A stretch of 64,000 nucleotides of DNA, taken from the NCBI RefSeq assembly GCF_964213995.1, contig NW_027590123.1:744001-808000 (forward strand). Direction: 5' to 3'. Both the position numbers and the translations under genes were made by a program. This DNA comes from Mustelus asterias. Its lineage: Eukaryota. Under the pieces are notes generated by a model. It was not told where the DNA came from. It ran no database searches and saw only the letters and a program-made list of their open reading frames with translations. Shown one piece after another: positions 51,966-64,000 of this stretch (the first letter of the stretch is position 1; each line of letters begins with the position of its first letter).

Positions 51966-52929
51966 ATTTGGTTCCCTGGATTTAGTTCTCCAACCTTCAC
52001 CTTTAAGGGAATATACCCTGATATTGCCCGCAATAGATTTTCCTTAAAGGTGGCCCATTGTTCAGCCAGCGGCTTTTCTGCCAACATTTGATTCCAACTC
52101 ACTCGACTCAGATCCATTCTCATCCTATTGAAGGTGAGGTTTTTCCTTGATTAATTATCCCCGTTCTGGATCGTTCCTTGTCCTTTTCCATGGCCAACCT
52201 GAACATTATGATACAATGGTCACTCTCCCCTCAATGCTCTCCCACTGATATTTGATCCACTTGGGCCAACTCACTCCCCAGAACCAGGTCCAGCAGTGCC
52301 TGCCCTCTCATTGGAGCAGAAACACACTGCTGCAGAAAATTATCTTCAACACCTTCCAGGGACTCATGTCCCTCTTGTCCCTTTGCACTATTTGGTTTTG
52401 TAATTGGTCTGTTCAAATGTTGGCTCGGCAATGATTGGGTTAAATCAGTCTCCATAGACTTTGTGACGTAACAAAGTATAAGAAGGGCTTCACCGAGCAC
52501 AGAGATTTGTCGAGGTTTTATATATTGCATTGACTGGTGCCATGGCATCTGGGGCAGAGCAGGGAGCATTTCCGTGGAGATGCTGCTTCTACCCAGAGTG
52601 TAATGGTAATGCTGCTGCACTTTGATACGACTGCTCAGACATTAGCCTGTGTTAGCTCTTATTGATACTGAATAAAATCTAACCACTGTCACCAATAAGG
52701 GTTATCACTGGGAATCATTTCAGAGTTTGGGAAAAGGGGAGAAAGGGTTAATTGACTCCCTGAACCCCATTTTCTAACATCGCTGTGTCAAAAATAAAAT
52801 CTCATCTCCCCCTCTGGCTCTTTTGCCAATTACCTTAGAGGGACTCACTTTCTGTTAAAGAGCCTGCCAATGAGCCCAGTCCCGGATGTGATTAACAGCA
52901 GCAATAACAGCAGAATTCAACCCCTGAGA

Positions 52930-53724
52930 TCACTTGTGAACTCGTTGGTGTGTCTGCAGGTGGGATGACTGAGTGAACCCGTTCTCACACAAGGTGCAGG
53001 TGAATGGCCTCTCCCCAGTATGAACTCGCTGGTGTCTCTGCAGATTGGTTAACTGAGTGAATCCTTTTCCACAGGCAGAGCAAGTGAATTGTTTCTCCCC
53101 AGTGTGAACTCGCTGGTGTACCCGCAGATAGGATGACATTCTAAATCTCTTTGAGCAGTGAGAGCAACTGAACGGTCTCTCCTCAGTGTGAATGCGCTGG
53201 TGGGACATCAGAACCTGAGAGCTTTTGAAGTCGCTCCCACATTCAGAGCATTTATAGGGTCTCTCATTGGTGTGACTGACTTTGTGTCTGCGCATGCTGG
53301 ATAACCAAGTGAATCCTTTCCCACACACAGGACAGTTGAACGGCCTCTCCCCGGAATGTACTCGCTGGTGTATCCGCAGGCTGGATAAGTCAGTGAATCC
53401 CTTCCCACACACAGGACAGGTAAACGGTCTCTCCGCAGTGTGAATTTGCTGGTGTGTCTGCAGATGACATAACTGAGTAAATCCGGTACCACAATCAGAA
53501 CAGGTGAATGGTCTCTTCCCCGTGTGAATTCGTTGGTGTGTTTGCAGGTTGGATGAATCATAGAATCCCTTCCCACACACAGAGCAGGTGAACAGCCGCT
53601 CCCCAGTGTGAATGCGTCGATGAGTTTCCAGCTCAGATGGGAACCTGAATCCCTTCCCACAGTCCCCACATTTCCACGGTTTCTCCATGGTGCAGGTTTC
53701 CTTGTGACTCTCCAGGTTAAACAA
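52930..53724 (-). CDS. C2H2 (Kruppel-type) zinc-finger protein, 9 tandem fingers
   Basis: Nine CxxC...HxxxH repeats with TGERPF linkers in an open frame; true start uncertain. Confidence 0.88.
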   Translation of the reverse strand: MFNLESHKETCTMEKPWKCGDCGKGFRFPSELETHRRIHTGERLFTCSVCGKGFYDSSNLQTHQRIHTGKRPFTCSDCGTGFTQLCHLQTHQQIHTAERPFTCPVCGKGFTDLSSLRIHQRVHSGERPFNCPVCGKGFTWLSSMRRHKVSHTNERPYKCSECGSDFKSSQVLMSHQRIHTEERPFSCSHCSKRFRMSSYLRVHQRVHTGEKQFTCSACGKGFTQLTNLQRHQRVHTGERPFTCTLCENGFTQSSHLQTHQRVHK

Positions 53725-54519
53725 TCAGTTAAATCTCACACAGAACACGGGTACAGTCTCTCCCTGCTGTGAATGCCGCAATGTTTTTTTCACTGATTAA
53801 AGCTCTTTCCACAGTCAGTGCACTGGAACACTCTCACTCGGGTGTGTGCGTGAGACTTGGTAAATTCTCAGTCACGCTGATGTTTAAAATCTCCAGAAGC
53901 AAAAAGAACAGAGAAATATTTCTCCTTCCAGATACAAAGGCTGATGATGTTCAGGACATGATGAATTGAATAACTGTCAGATATTGATGTGACATTTGCT
54001 TTGAGATTACTGTCTGTAAATCCTCACCTTCTGATATTCTGTAAAAGGAATTTATTGAAGTCATCACTGTCAATACAAGATAGAAATTCAGAACAGACAA
54101 TTCTAGTGTCTGTGGAACATTCTTTCCTCCCTCATTCCCCAAAAGCTGTAAATCTCCATTCCACACACTCTCCCTCCATTCTCACTCCGCTGTATCTAAT
54201 ATTCACCCTCCCAATTCTCCTGAAGGTGCTGATTGAGGCTGATTGACAGATCCATGCTCACTGCTTCCTGTCCTGGACACAGAGAGCTGAAAATCTCCAT
54301 GCAGGCTGCCAGATAGATAAATGTCTACATTACTGGAGTAAAAATGTGTGGAATGTACAGACTGGATTCACTTCCTTTCCCTTCAGTTGCTGCAAGTCCC
54401 CAGTTTTCCCCAGAATGAGAAAATAAATTGAAAGAGGGAGAAAAGAAAGTGTTTTACTCACAGATATTAGAGAGAGCAGGAAGATTTTGTCTGACTGCAT
54501 CTCCGTGTTCATTCACACA

Positions 54520-54745
54520 AAGCCCGCGCTCTGATTGACTGGAGGACCAGAGTCCTTCCGGTCCTCCAACTCTTTCCATTGGTCAACACTTCAGCATGAA
54601 GGTCAGGGGGTGAGCTCTCTTTGCACATGCGCAGCTTCCCCTCTCCTCTGGACATGCGCAGTCCAATGTGGCCTGCCCGCGTGGTGGATAGAGCGGTTTC
54701 TCTATCGTGGGCGATTGTGGGAGCTGCGGCCGCCATTACTCATCC
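54520..54745 (-). promoter_or_regulatory. Probable ZNF promoter (NRF1-like CATGCGCA x2, CCAAT boxes, YY1-like ATGGCGGC)
   Basis: Local CpG-rich patch; minus-strand donor CTGTGAGT near 54455-54462. Confidence 0.5.
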
Positions 54746-56427
54746 GGATCCCAGTCTCTAAACTCCTGGGACTGTGATGGAAAGTGGGAGTGGGGGGCGC
54801 AGTGACCCCACCCTGACACAAAGTACATGTGGGGAGTCACTGGATTGGATTGGGATGTCCCCTTTACAAAACAGTTTGTTAACTTCAGGTGGAAAGATTT
54901 AGACACTTGGGTGACATTGGGGAAGGCAATAGGTGAGTGTGAAACTGATCTCGAGAGTCAGCACCTTCAGGGAGGAGAACTGTGGAAAAAGAAGGTGGAG
55001 GATAGTGTTACAATCAATCGTATCAATAGGCCTGCATGAGTTTCCTCCACGTGCTCCAGTTTCCTCCCACAGTCTGAAAGACATGCTGGTTAGGTGCATT
55101 GACCCGAACAGGCGCCGGAATGTGGCGATTAGGGGAATTTCACAGTAACTTCATTAGAATCATAGAATCATAGAAACCCTACAGTGCAGAAGGAGGCCAT
55201 TCGGCCCATCGAGACTGCACCGACCACAATCCCACCCAGGCCCTACCCCCACATATTTTACCCACTAATCTACACATCCCAGGACTCTAAGGAGCAATTT
55301 TTTAACCTGGCCAATCAACCTAACCTGCACATCTTTGGACATTGCAGTGTCAATGTAAGCCTTACTTGTGACTTATAAATAAACTTTACTTTAGGAAGGA
55401 GGGAGTCTGTGGGGACAGAGATTTATAGTTTGAGATGAAGAAGGATTTTCTGTGACATGTATTTACCCCATTAATTCCCCCAACCCATACACGAAGAGGC
55501 AATTTGCCATGGCCAATCCACCTAACCTGCACATCTTTGGAATGTGGGATGAAATTGGAGCACTCTGAGCAAACTCATGCAGACACAGGGAGAACGTGCA
55601 AACTCCACACAGAGAGCTGTGGCACAGTGGTTAGCACTGCTACCTCAGAGTGCCAGGGATCCGGTTCAATTCCGGTCTTGGGTGACATAGAAATCATAGA
55701 AACCCTCCAGTGCAGAAGGAGGCCATTCGGCCCATCGAGTCTGCACGAACACAATCCCAGGCCCTACCCCTACAGGGGTGCTCAGGTTTCCTCCCACAGT
55801 CCGAAAGACATGCTGGTTAGGTGCATTGGCTATGCTAAATTCTCTTTCAGGACACCTAAACAGGTGCCAAGCGTGACGACTAGGGGATTTTCACAGTAAC
55901 TTCATTGCAGTGTTAATGTAAGCTTACTTGTAACACCTAAGGCCAGAATTGAACTCAGTTTATTGGCGCTGCTGATCACTGTGCCACTGTGCTGCCTGTG
56001 TTTTGAGAAATCATATTAAAATCTGGAACTCAGATGGGGATATGGATTGGTGTTAAGTGGGAAGGTCTGGATCAATGCATTACTCCAGAGATGTGGAGAT
56101 GCCGGCATTGGACTGGGGTAAACACAGTAAGAGGTTTAACAGCACCAGGTTAAAGGCCAACAGGTTTATTTTGTAGCAAAAGCCACACAAGCTCTTTCTG
56201 AGCAGACATTCTGGCCCCTGATAAACCCATTGAGTGATTGAATGGTACAATGCAGAGATTCTTCATCCAGGGTGAAACGACAGACTGACTGTGTGCTGTG
56301 TAAAACCTGACATCTACACAACCTAATCCCACTTCTCCTGGAACACTTCTCCTGTAGCTCCGAAAGCTTGTGTGGCTTTTGCTACCAAATAAACCTGTTG
56401 GACTTTAACCTGGTGTTGTTAAACTTC

Positions 56428-59234
56428 TTTAACCTACATATTAGAAATCATAGAAACCCTACAGTGCAGAAGGAGGCCATTCGGCCCATCGAGTCTGCAC
56501 CGACCACAATCCCACCCAGGCCCTACCCCCACATATTTACCCGCAAATCCCTCTAACCTACGCATTTTAGGATTCTAAGGGGCAATTTTTAACCTGGCCA
56601 ATCAACCTAACCCGCACATCTTTGGACTGTGGGAGGAAACCGGAGCACCCGGAGGAAACCCACGCAGACACGAGGAGAACGTGCAAACTCCACACAGACA
56701 GTGACCCGAGCCAGGAATCGAACCCAGGACCCTGGAGCTGTGAAGCAGCAGTGCTAACCACTGTGCTACCGTGCCGCCCCAATATTGATTGGTCGACTCA
56801 AATTGGACGTGGAGGGCTTGAGGAAGAGTTCTTGGAATGCTGTCGGGATTGTTTCATTGAACAGTATGTTACAGAACCTATGAGAGAGCGAGCTATCTTG
56901 GATCTGGTTCTGTAGGATTAAGGATCTTCTTGTGAAGGATCCTCTTGGGATGAGTGATCATAATATGGTGGAATTTCTGATACAGATGGAGGGTGAGAAA
57001 GGAGGGTCCCAAACCAGTGTCCTCTGCTTGAACAGAGGGGAGTACGATAGGATGAGGGTGGAATTGGCTAATGTAGACTGGGCGAGCAGACTGGTAGGTA
57101 GGACAGCTGAGGAACAGTGGAGGATTTTTAAGGAGATTTTTTTAAGTACTCAGCAAAAATATATTCCGGTGATAAGGAAGGACTGTAAGAAAAAGGATAA
57201 CCGGACGTGGATAACGAAGGAAATAAAGGAGAGTATTAAAATAAAATCAGATGTGTACAGAGTGGCCAAAAATAGTGGAGAATTAGTGGATTGGGAAAGC
57301 TTTAAAGAAAAACAAAGAACGACTAAGAAAGCGATTAAGAAAGGAAAGATACATTATGAAACTAAACTAGCTCAAAATATAAACAATGATAGTAAAAGTT
57401 TTTACAAGTATATAAAAAGGAATAGAGTGGCTAGAGTGAATGTTGGACCCTTGGAAGATGAGAGGGGGGATTTAATAGTGGAAAATCAGGAAATGGCTGA
57501 GACTTTAAATAAGTTCTTTGTGTCGGTCTTCACGGTGGAAGACACAAATAGTTTGCCGAATATTAGAGATCGAGAGTTGGTGGGAGGTGAGGTCCTCAAT
57601 ACAATTACTGTTACTAAGGAGGTGGTGCTTGGTAGACTAATAGGACTGAAGGTAGACAAGTCCCCGGGCCCGGATGGAATGCATCCCAGGGTACTGAAAG
57701 AAATGGCTGAGGTAATAGCAGATGCGTTAGTAGTAATTTATCAAAATTCGCTGGACTCTGGGGTAGTGCCGGCTGACTGGAAAATAGCTACTGTTACGCC
57801 GCTGTTTAAAAAAGGAAGTAGACAAAAGGCGGGTAACTACAGGCCGGTTAGCTTAACGTCCGTAGTTGGGAAGATGCTAGAGTCCATTATTAAAGAGGAA
57901 ATAACAGAGCACCTGAATAAGAATGGTTCGATCAAGCAGACGCAGCATGGATTCATGAAGGGAAAGTCGTGTTTGACGAATCTACTGGACTTTTATGAAG
58001 ATGTCACTAGTGCGGTTGACAGAGGCGAACCGGTGGATGTGGTGTTTTTAGATTTCCAGAAGGCGTTCGATAAGGTGCCTCACAAAAGGTTGCTGCAGAA
58101 GATTGGGGTACACGGAGTTCGGGGTAAGGTGTTGGCGTGGATTGGGGATTGGCTATCTAACAGGAAGCAGAGAGTTGGGATAAATGGGTGCTTTTCTGGT
58201 TGGCAGTTGGTGACCAGTGGCGTGCCGCAGGGATCGGTGCTGGGGCCTCAATTGTTTACCATTTACATAGATGATCTGGAGGAGGGCTGAATCTAGGGTA
58301 TTCAAGTTTGCTGATGACACGAAGGTGAGAGGGAAAGCGAATTGTGTGGAGGACGCGGAAGGTCTGCAGAGAGATTTGGATAGGCTGAGCGAGTGGGCGA
58401 GGATCTGGCAGATGGAATATAACGTTAGCAAATGTGAGGTTATCCACTTTGGAAGAAATAATAGTAAATTGGAATATTATTTAAATGGAGAAAAATTACA
58501 TCGTGCGACTGTACAGAGGGACCTGGGCGTCCTTGTGCACGAATCGCAAAAACTCAGTCTGCAGGTGCAGCAGGTGATCAAGAAGGCGAATGGAATGTTG
58601 GCCTTTATCGCGAGGGGGATAGAATATAAAAGCAGGGAGGTCTTGCTGCAACTGTACAAGGCACTGGTGAGGCCGCAACTGGAGTACTGTGTGCAGTTTT
58701 GGTCCCCTTATTTGCGAAAGGATATATTGGCCTTGGAGGGAGTGCAGAGAAGGTTCACCGGAGATGAGGGGTGTGGCTTATGAGGAGAGATTAAACAGAT
58801 TGGGACTGTACTCGTTGGAGTTTAGAAGGATGAGGGGTGATCTTATAGAGGCATATAAGATAATGAAGGGGCTGGATAGGGTAGAGGTGGAGAGATTCTT
58901 TCCACTTAGAAGGGAAACCAGAACTAGAGGGCATAGCTTCAAAATAAGGGGGGGCCGGTTCAGAACAGAGTTGAGGGGGAACTTCTTCTCTCAGAGGGTA
59001 GTGAATCTCTGGAATTCTCTGCCCATTGAAGTGGTGGAGGCTTCCTCGTTGAATATGTTTAAATCACAGGTAGATAGTTTTCTGATCGATAAGGGAATTA
59101 GGGGATATGGGGAGCAGGCGGGTAAGTGGAACTGATTCGCTTCAGATCAGCCATGATCTTGTTGAATGGCGGGGCAGACTCGAAGGGCCAGATGGCCTAC
59201 TCCTGCTCCTATTTCTTATGTTCTTATGTTCTTA
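56428..59234 (+). mobile_element. CR1 LINE ORF2, disrupted (stop near 56913, frameshifts near 58290 and 58760)
   Basis: ORFs 56932-58290, 58271-58783 and 58689-59135 join into endonuclease-RT; (TTCTTATG)n tail. Confidence 0.92.
56445..56780 (-). mobile_element. HE1-type SINE inserted in the 5' end of the CR1
   Basis: Near-identical to 18302-18632; splits the CR1 motif FNLHI/IDW. Confidence 0.85.
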
Positions 59235-60450
59235 CTGTGTTTACTCCAGAGAGCCAGGAATCAGATTTACAGAATGGATTCCTGTAATAGCAGCAATCCC
59301 ATTGCTATACGTTGGTCAGACTAAGGGGAGTATTTAAACTGGACGCCATAGATGTATTAAAGGAAAACAAAATCATGGAACTTATGAACGATCTGAAATA
59401 ATATTGAGAGCAAAGAAATCAATCTGGAAAATTGTAGTCACTTTGCGTTGTTCCAGGAGAAGTGGGATTAGGTTGTGTAGATGTCAGGTTTTACACAGCA
59501 CACAGTCAGCCTGTCGTTTCACCCTGGATGAAGAATCTCTGAATTGTACCATTCAAATCACTCAATGGGTTTATCAGGGGCCAGAATGTCTGCTCAGAAA
59601 AAGGAATGTTGGTGTGAAACCAATGAGAAGTAACACACACACTCACAGACACCCTCACACACACACACAGACTCTCAGATGCCTCAAAATATCTCCTGTT
59701 ACTTTATTGTTCCTAGATTTTGGAAATAAATCCTGAATGAATTATAAAATCACACACAAATATTTGTTGAGCTTCCCCTGAAAGACATCGATACAGTTCA
59801 TTTCACTCCCTGTGGTCATGATTTCCATATTCTCACCACTCTTTGGGTGGAGAAATTTATCTTGGATTTCCGATTGGGTTTCTTGGCGACTGTCTTGTAT
59901 TGATGGTCTCCAGTTTTGCCTTTCTCCAAAAGAAGAAACATTATTTCAAAACCTTTTATAATTTTGAAGCCCTCTATTAGGTTACTCCTCAGCCTTAATT
60001 TTTCAAGAAAGCGTGAGCGTGTCAATCCTTTCCTGATAGATAACCAAACACACAGTTTAAAAATCATTTATGGGATGTGGACATCGCGAGCTTGGCCAGC
60101 ATTTATTGCTAACCCCTGATTGACCTTGAGAAGGTGATGGTGAGCTGTTTTCTACATTTCTGATATCATCATTAAAAATCATCTCTGTACCCTTCTCCAG
60201 TGCCGAGATATCTTTTTTATAATACGGTGACCAGGATGGCATGCAGTGGTCGGTAAGATTCTTGATCAGGGAGTCACAGGTTATCCAAAAGTGGTTTGAG
60301 CTTATCCATGGTTTTAAATCAGAATATTAAGAAGCAACAATTTAGAAATGATGCATTATAAACAGGGGGAAAAAAACAGAAGACCCATTCCAACCATTAT
60401 TCTGTAAATTGAGTTTGTGTCTTTATATGCCCTGTTTGTGAACAGAATTC

Positions 60451-60495
60451 CCACTCACCTGAAGAAGGGGCTTAAGGCCCCGAAAGCTTGTGGCT
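60451..60495 (+). ncRNA. Minimal type I hammerhead ribozyme in a Penelope-like repeat
   Basis: CAC-CUGAAGA-A-GGGGC(UUAAG)GCCCC-GAAA-GC-UU-GUG: intact core, perfect 5-bp stem II, palindromic AGCU stem III. Confidence 0.65.
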
Positions 60496-60497
60496 TT

Positions 60498-61688
60498 TAA
60501 GACCATAAGACCATAAGACATAGGAGCGGAAGTAAGGCCATTCGGCCCATCGAGTCCACTCCACCATTCAATCATGGTTGATTTCAACTCCATTTACCCG
60601 CTCTCTCCCCATAGCCCTTAATTCCTCGAGAAATCAAGAATTTATCAATTTCTGTCTTGAAGACGCTCAACGTCTCGGCCTCCACAGCCCTCTGTGGCAA
60701 TGAATTCCACAGACCCACCACTCTCTGGCTGAAGAAATTTCTCCTCATCTCTGTTCTAAAGTGACTCCCTTTTATTCTAAGGCTGTGCCCCCGCGTCCTA
60801 GTCTCCCCTGTTAATGGAAACAACTTCCCTACGTCCATCCTATCTAAGCCGTTCATTATCTTGTAAGTTTCTATCAGATCTCCCCTCAACCTCCTAAACT
60901 CCAATGAATATAATCCCACGATCCTCAGACGTTCATCGTATGTCAGGCCTACCATTCCTGGGATCATCCGTGTGAATCTCCGCTGGACCCGCTCCAGTGC
61001 CAGTATGTCCTTCCTGAGGTGTGGGGCCCAAAATTGCTCACAGTACTCCAAATGGGGCCTAACCAGTGCTTTATAAAGCCTCAGAAGTACATCCCTGCTT
61101 TTGTATTCCAAGCCTCTTGAGATAAATGACAACATTACATTTGCTTTCTTAATTACGGACTCAACCTGCAAGTTTACCTTTAGAGAATCCTGGACTAGGA
61201 CTCCCAAGTCCCTTTGCACTTTAGCATTATGAATTTTGTCACCGTTTAGAAAATAGTCCATGCCTCTATTTTTTTTTCCAAAGTGTACAACCTCGCACTT
61301 GCCCACGTTGAATTTCATCAGCCACTTCTTGGACCACTCTCCTAAACTGTCTAAATCTTTCTGCAGCCTCCCCACCTCCTCAATACTACCTGCCCCTCCA
61401 CCTATCTTTGTATCATCGGCAAACTTGGCCAGAATGCTCCCAGTCCCGTCATCTAGATCGTTAATATATAAAGAGAACAGCTGTGGCCCCAACACTGAAC
61501 CCTGCGGGACACCACTTGTCACCGGTTGCCATTCTGAGAAAGAACCTTTTATCCCAACTCTCTGCCTTCTGTCTGACAGCCAATCGTCAATCCATGTTAG
61601 TACCTTGCCTCGAATACCATGGGCCCTTATTTTACTCAGCAGTCTCCCGTGAGGCACCTTGTCAAAGGCCTTTTGGAAGTCAAGATAG
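60498..61688 (-). mobile_element. CR1 LINE 3' fragment inserted into a Penelope-like repeat
   Basis: ORF 60584-61657 is an RT domain ([14 protein letters not shown]). The host repeat resumes at 61691 (ACCAAATAAACC...). Confidence 0.92.
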
Positions 61689-62756
61689 ATACCAAATAAA
61701 CCTGATGGACTTTAACCTGGTGTTGTCAAACTTCTTACTGTGGTCACATGTAGGCCAGACCAGTTAAGGACGGCAGATTTCCATCCTTAAAGGACATCAG
61801 TGAACCAGATGGGTTTTTATGACAATCAACAATGGTTTCATGGTCATCATCAGACTTTTAATTGAACTGAAATTTCACCATCTGCTGTGGTGGGATTCGA
61901 ACCGAGGTCCCCAGAACATTATCCTGGGTCTCTGGGTTGCTAGTCCACTGACAATTCCACTGTGTCACTGCCTCCGCCACCACCACCACCACCGCCCCCC
62001 CCCCCCCCCCCACCCGCCACCCCACCCCTGCCCTGATCTGTACTGGAATTTCTAATCCACACAATTCTCCTCTCATTCTGCTCACCTCAACTCAGCTTTT
62101 CAGCTCAACTTTTTAATCCGTTTTCTCTCATGTTCTCGTCTGGTTTCCTTTTTAAAGCATCTAAAGTATTTGTCTCAACCACTTCCAGTCGCAGTGAGTT
62201 CCATATTCTAACAACTGTCTGAAGAAATAAATATCTCCTCCTGTTGATTTATTCATCTGTGTTGTCTGTTCATGGTTCCCAGTATTGGAAACACCAACAA
62301 GTGGAAACATTTGTGTTGCTGATTCTGATTATCTGAGTATCTTTAATATGTTATCCAGAATCGTCATAAAGAAATGAGGAAAACAAGTTTAGAAAAAGTT
62401 TTGTGAGGTTAGTCTGAAATCAGTTGAGAAGCCAATAAAGATATTCCCTCTCTGGGTGGGAAGATCTGTAAGAAATCATCTTTTAATAATCTTATATAAA
62501 TCTTGAAAAATGTATTGACTCTTATAGGAATCTCTCTTTCTCATTTTCTTATTGGGTAAGCTTCCTGGGTTGATAAATACAGTAGTGTAGGCCTGTTGTC
62601 TCTGCTAAGGACACATCTCTAGCACAGAACCTGAAACAAGACAAAGTTGATAGGGTGGGGGGTGATTCTCAAAACCCACATGTAAACAGATTGTCTGAGT
62701 AAAGATTAAACAGGGTGTCCGAGCAAGTGATGAGCCACAAAATGACTTCAAGGACA

Positions 62757-63096
62757 TAAAAATCATAGAAATCCTACAGTACAGAAAGAGGCCATTCGGC
62801 CCATCGAGTCTGCACCGACCACAATCCCACCCAGGCCCTACCCCCATATCCACCCACTAATCCCTCCAACCTACACATCTCAGGACACTAAGGGGCAATT
62901 TTTTTTTTAGCATTGCCAATCAACCTAACCCACACATCTTTGGACTGTGGGAGGAAACGGGAGCACCCGGAGGAAACCCACGCGGACACGAGGAGAATGT
63001 GCAAACTCCACACAGACAGTGACCCAAGCCGGGAATCGAACCCAGGTCCCTGGAGCTGTGAAGTAGCAGTGCTAACCACTGTGCTAATGTGCCGCC
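62757..63096 (-). mobile_element. HE1-type SINE
   Basis: Reverse complement of the 18302-18632 consensus. Confidence 0.85.
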
Positions 63097-64000
63097 CTAT
63101 CGATCGGAATAGGGCGGCACTGTGCTACCGTGCCATCCGATCGGATTAGAAGGGATTATCTTGATTATCTGTCCCTGAATAATGGACAATTGAATGAGTG
63201 ACAAAAAACCCACAGAAATTTGGTTTATAAATAGGCATTTGAGAGGGTAAATCACATCAGACAGCAAAGAGCTTCTCAAAGTGATCCATCCATCCACATT
63301 TGTTCCTCTTCATTGGAAGTGTGAGAAAGAGGTTTATAGATGTGGTCTAATGTACAATGAATGATGACACTTTAAATGATATGTGAACAGATGGTCAAAA
63401 GCTTGATAGGAATGGGAGATTTTAACGAGAATCTTTAATCAGGAGGGAGAGGCTGGAGAGGTTTCGGGAGGGAATTTAAGAACTTCACACCAAGACACAG
63501 CCATTACTGATGGAGTAATTAAAATCAAGAGGCCAGAATGATATCTCAGAGGTTGTGTTATTGGAGATTAGAGGTTGGGAGAGACAAGGCCATGGAGGGA
63601 TTTGAAAACAAGGATGCGAATGTTAAAATCAATGCATTACCTGACCTGGACCCGATGTAGTTCAGTGAGCACAGGATGTGGTGGGCGAATAGCAGGCAGG
63701 CAGTGGAGTTTTGAATAATTACATGTGACTGTTGGGGTGGGGTGAATGTGAGAGGTTGGTTAGGAATGGTTTGGAATCATCCAGTTTAAAGTGTCACAGG
63801 CAGGGATGAGGGGTGGAGTGGGGACAGGTGACATTATGGAGATTGAAATATCTGGTATTAGTGATGGTGTGGATATGTGGTCAGAAACTCATCTTGGGAT
63901 CAAATCTGACACGGAGATTGTGAAGAGTGTGGCTCAGCTTCAGACAGTTCCCAGGGAGAGGGGTGGACTCAGTAGTTTCTGAATAGAATTTGTCATGGTG

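Larger units (their letters stand above)
56092..59240. mobile_element. Composite Penelope-like insertion: inverted terminal repeats around captured DNA, with nested CR1 and SINE; 12-bp TSD
   Basis: TSD TTACTCCAGAGA at 56080-56091 and 59241-59252. Repeat halves at 56092-56193 (-) and 56356-56428 plus 59229-59240 (+). Confidence 0.7.

Overview
Cartilaginous-fish (shark) genomic DNA. The core is one complete, unrearranged, apparently functional IgM heavy-chain cluster on the + strand: promoter/leader 31109, VH 31287-31591, D1, D2, JH, an 8.6-kb J-C intron, Cmu1-Cmu4 with secretory tailpiece, and TM1/TM2 ending at 48673. The RSS order is V23 / 12-D1-22 / 12-D2-12 / 23-J. The upstream 31 kb is a decayed segmental duplication (about 80-11610 vs 14587-29015, plus partial copies). 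It carries two promoterless, leaderless VH pseudogenes. Head-to-head with each VH lies a degenerate multi-exon minus-strand gene that I cannot assign to any family. Downstream are a 9-finger C2H2 zinc-finger gene and a decayed paralogue. Repeats are abundant: CR1 LINEs (one with an intact ORF2 and a U-UUA-AAC slippery site), HE1-type tRNA SINEs, Rex1 fragments, and Penelope-like terminal repeats carrying minimal hammerhead ribozymes. Some Penelope-like repeats bracket inverted copies of captured local DNA. Family assignments are from motif recognition only; no searches were run.
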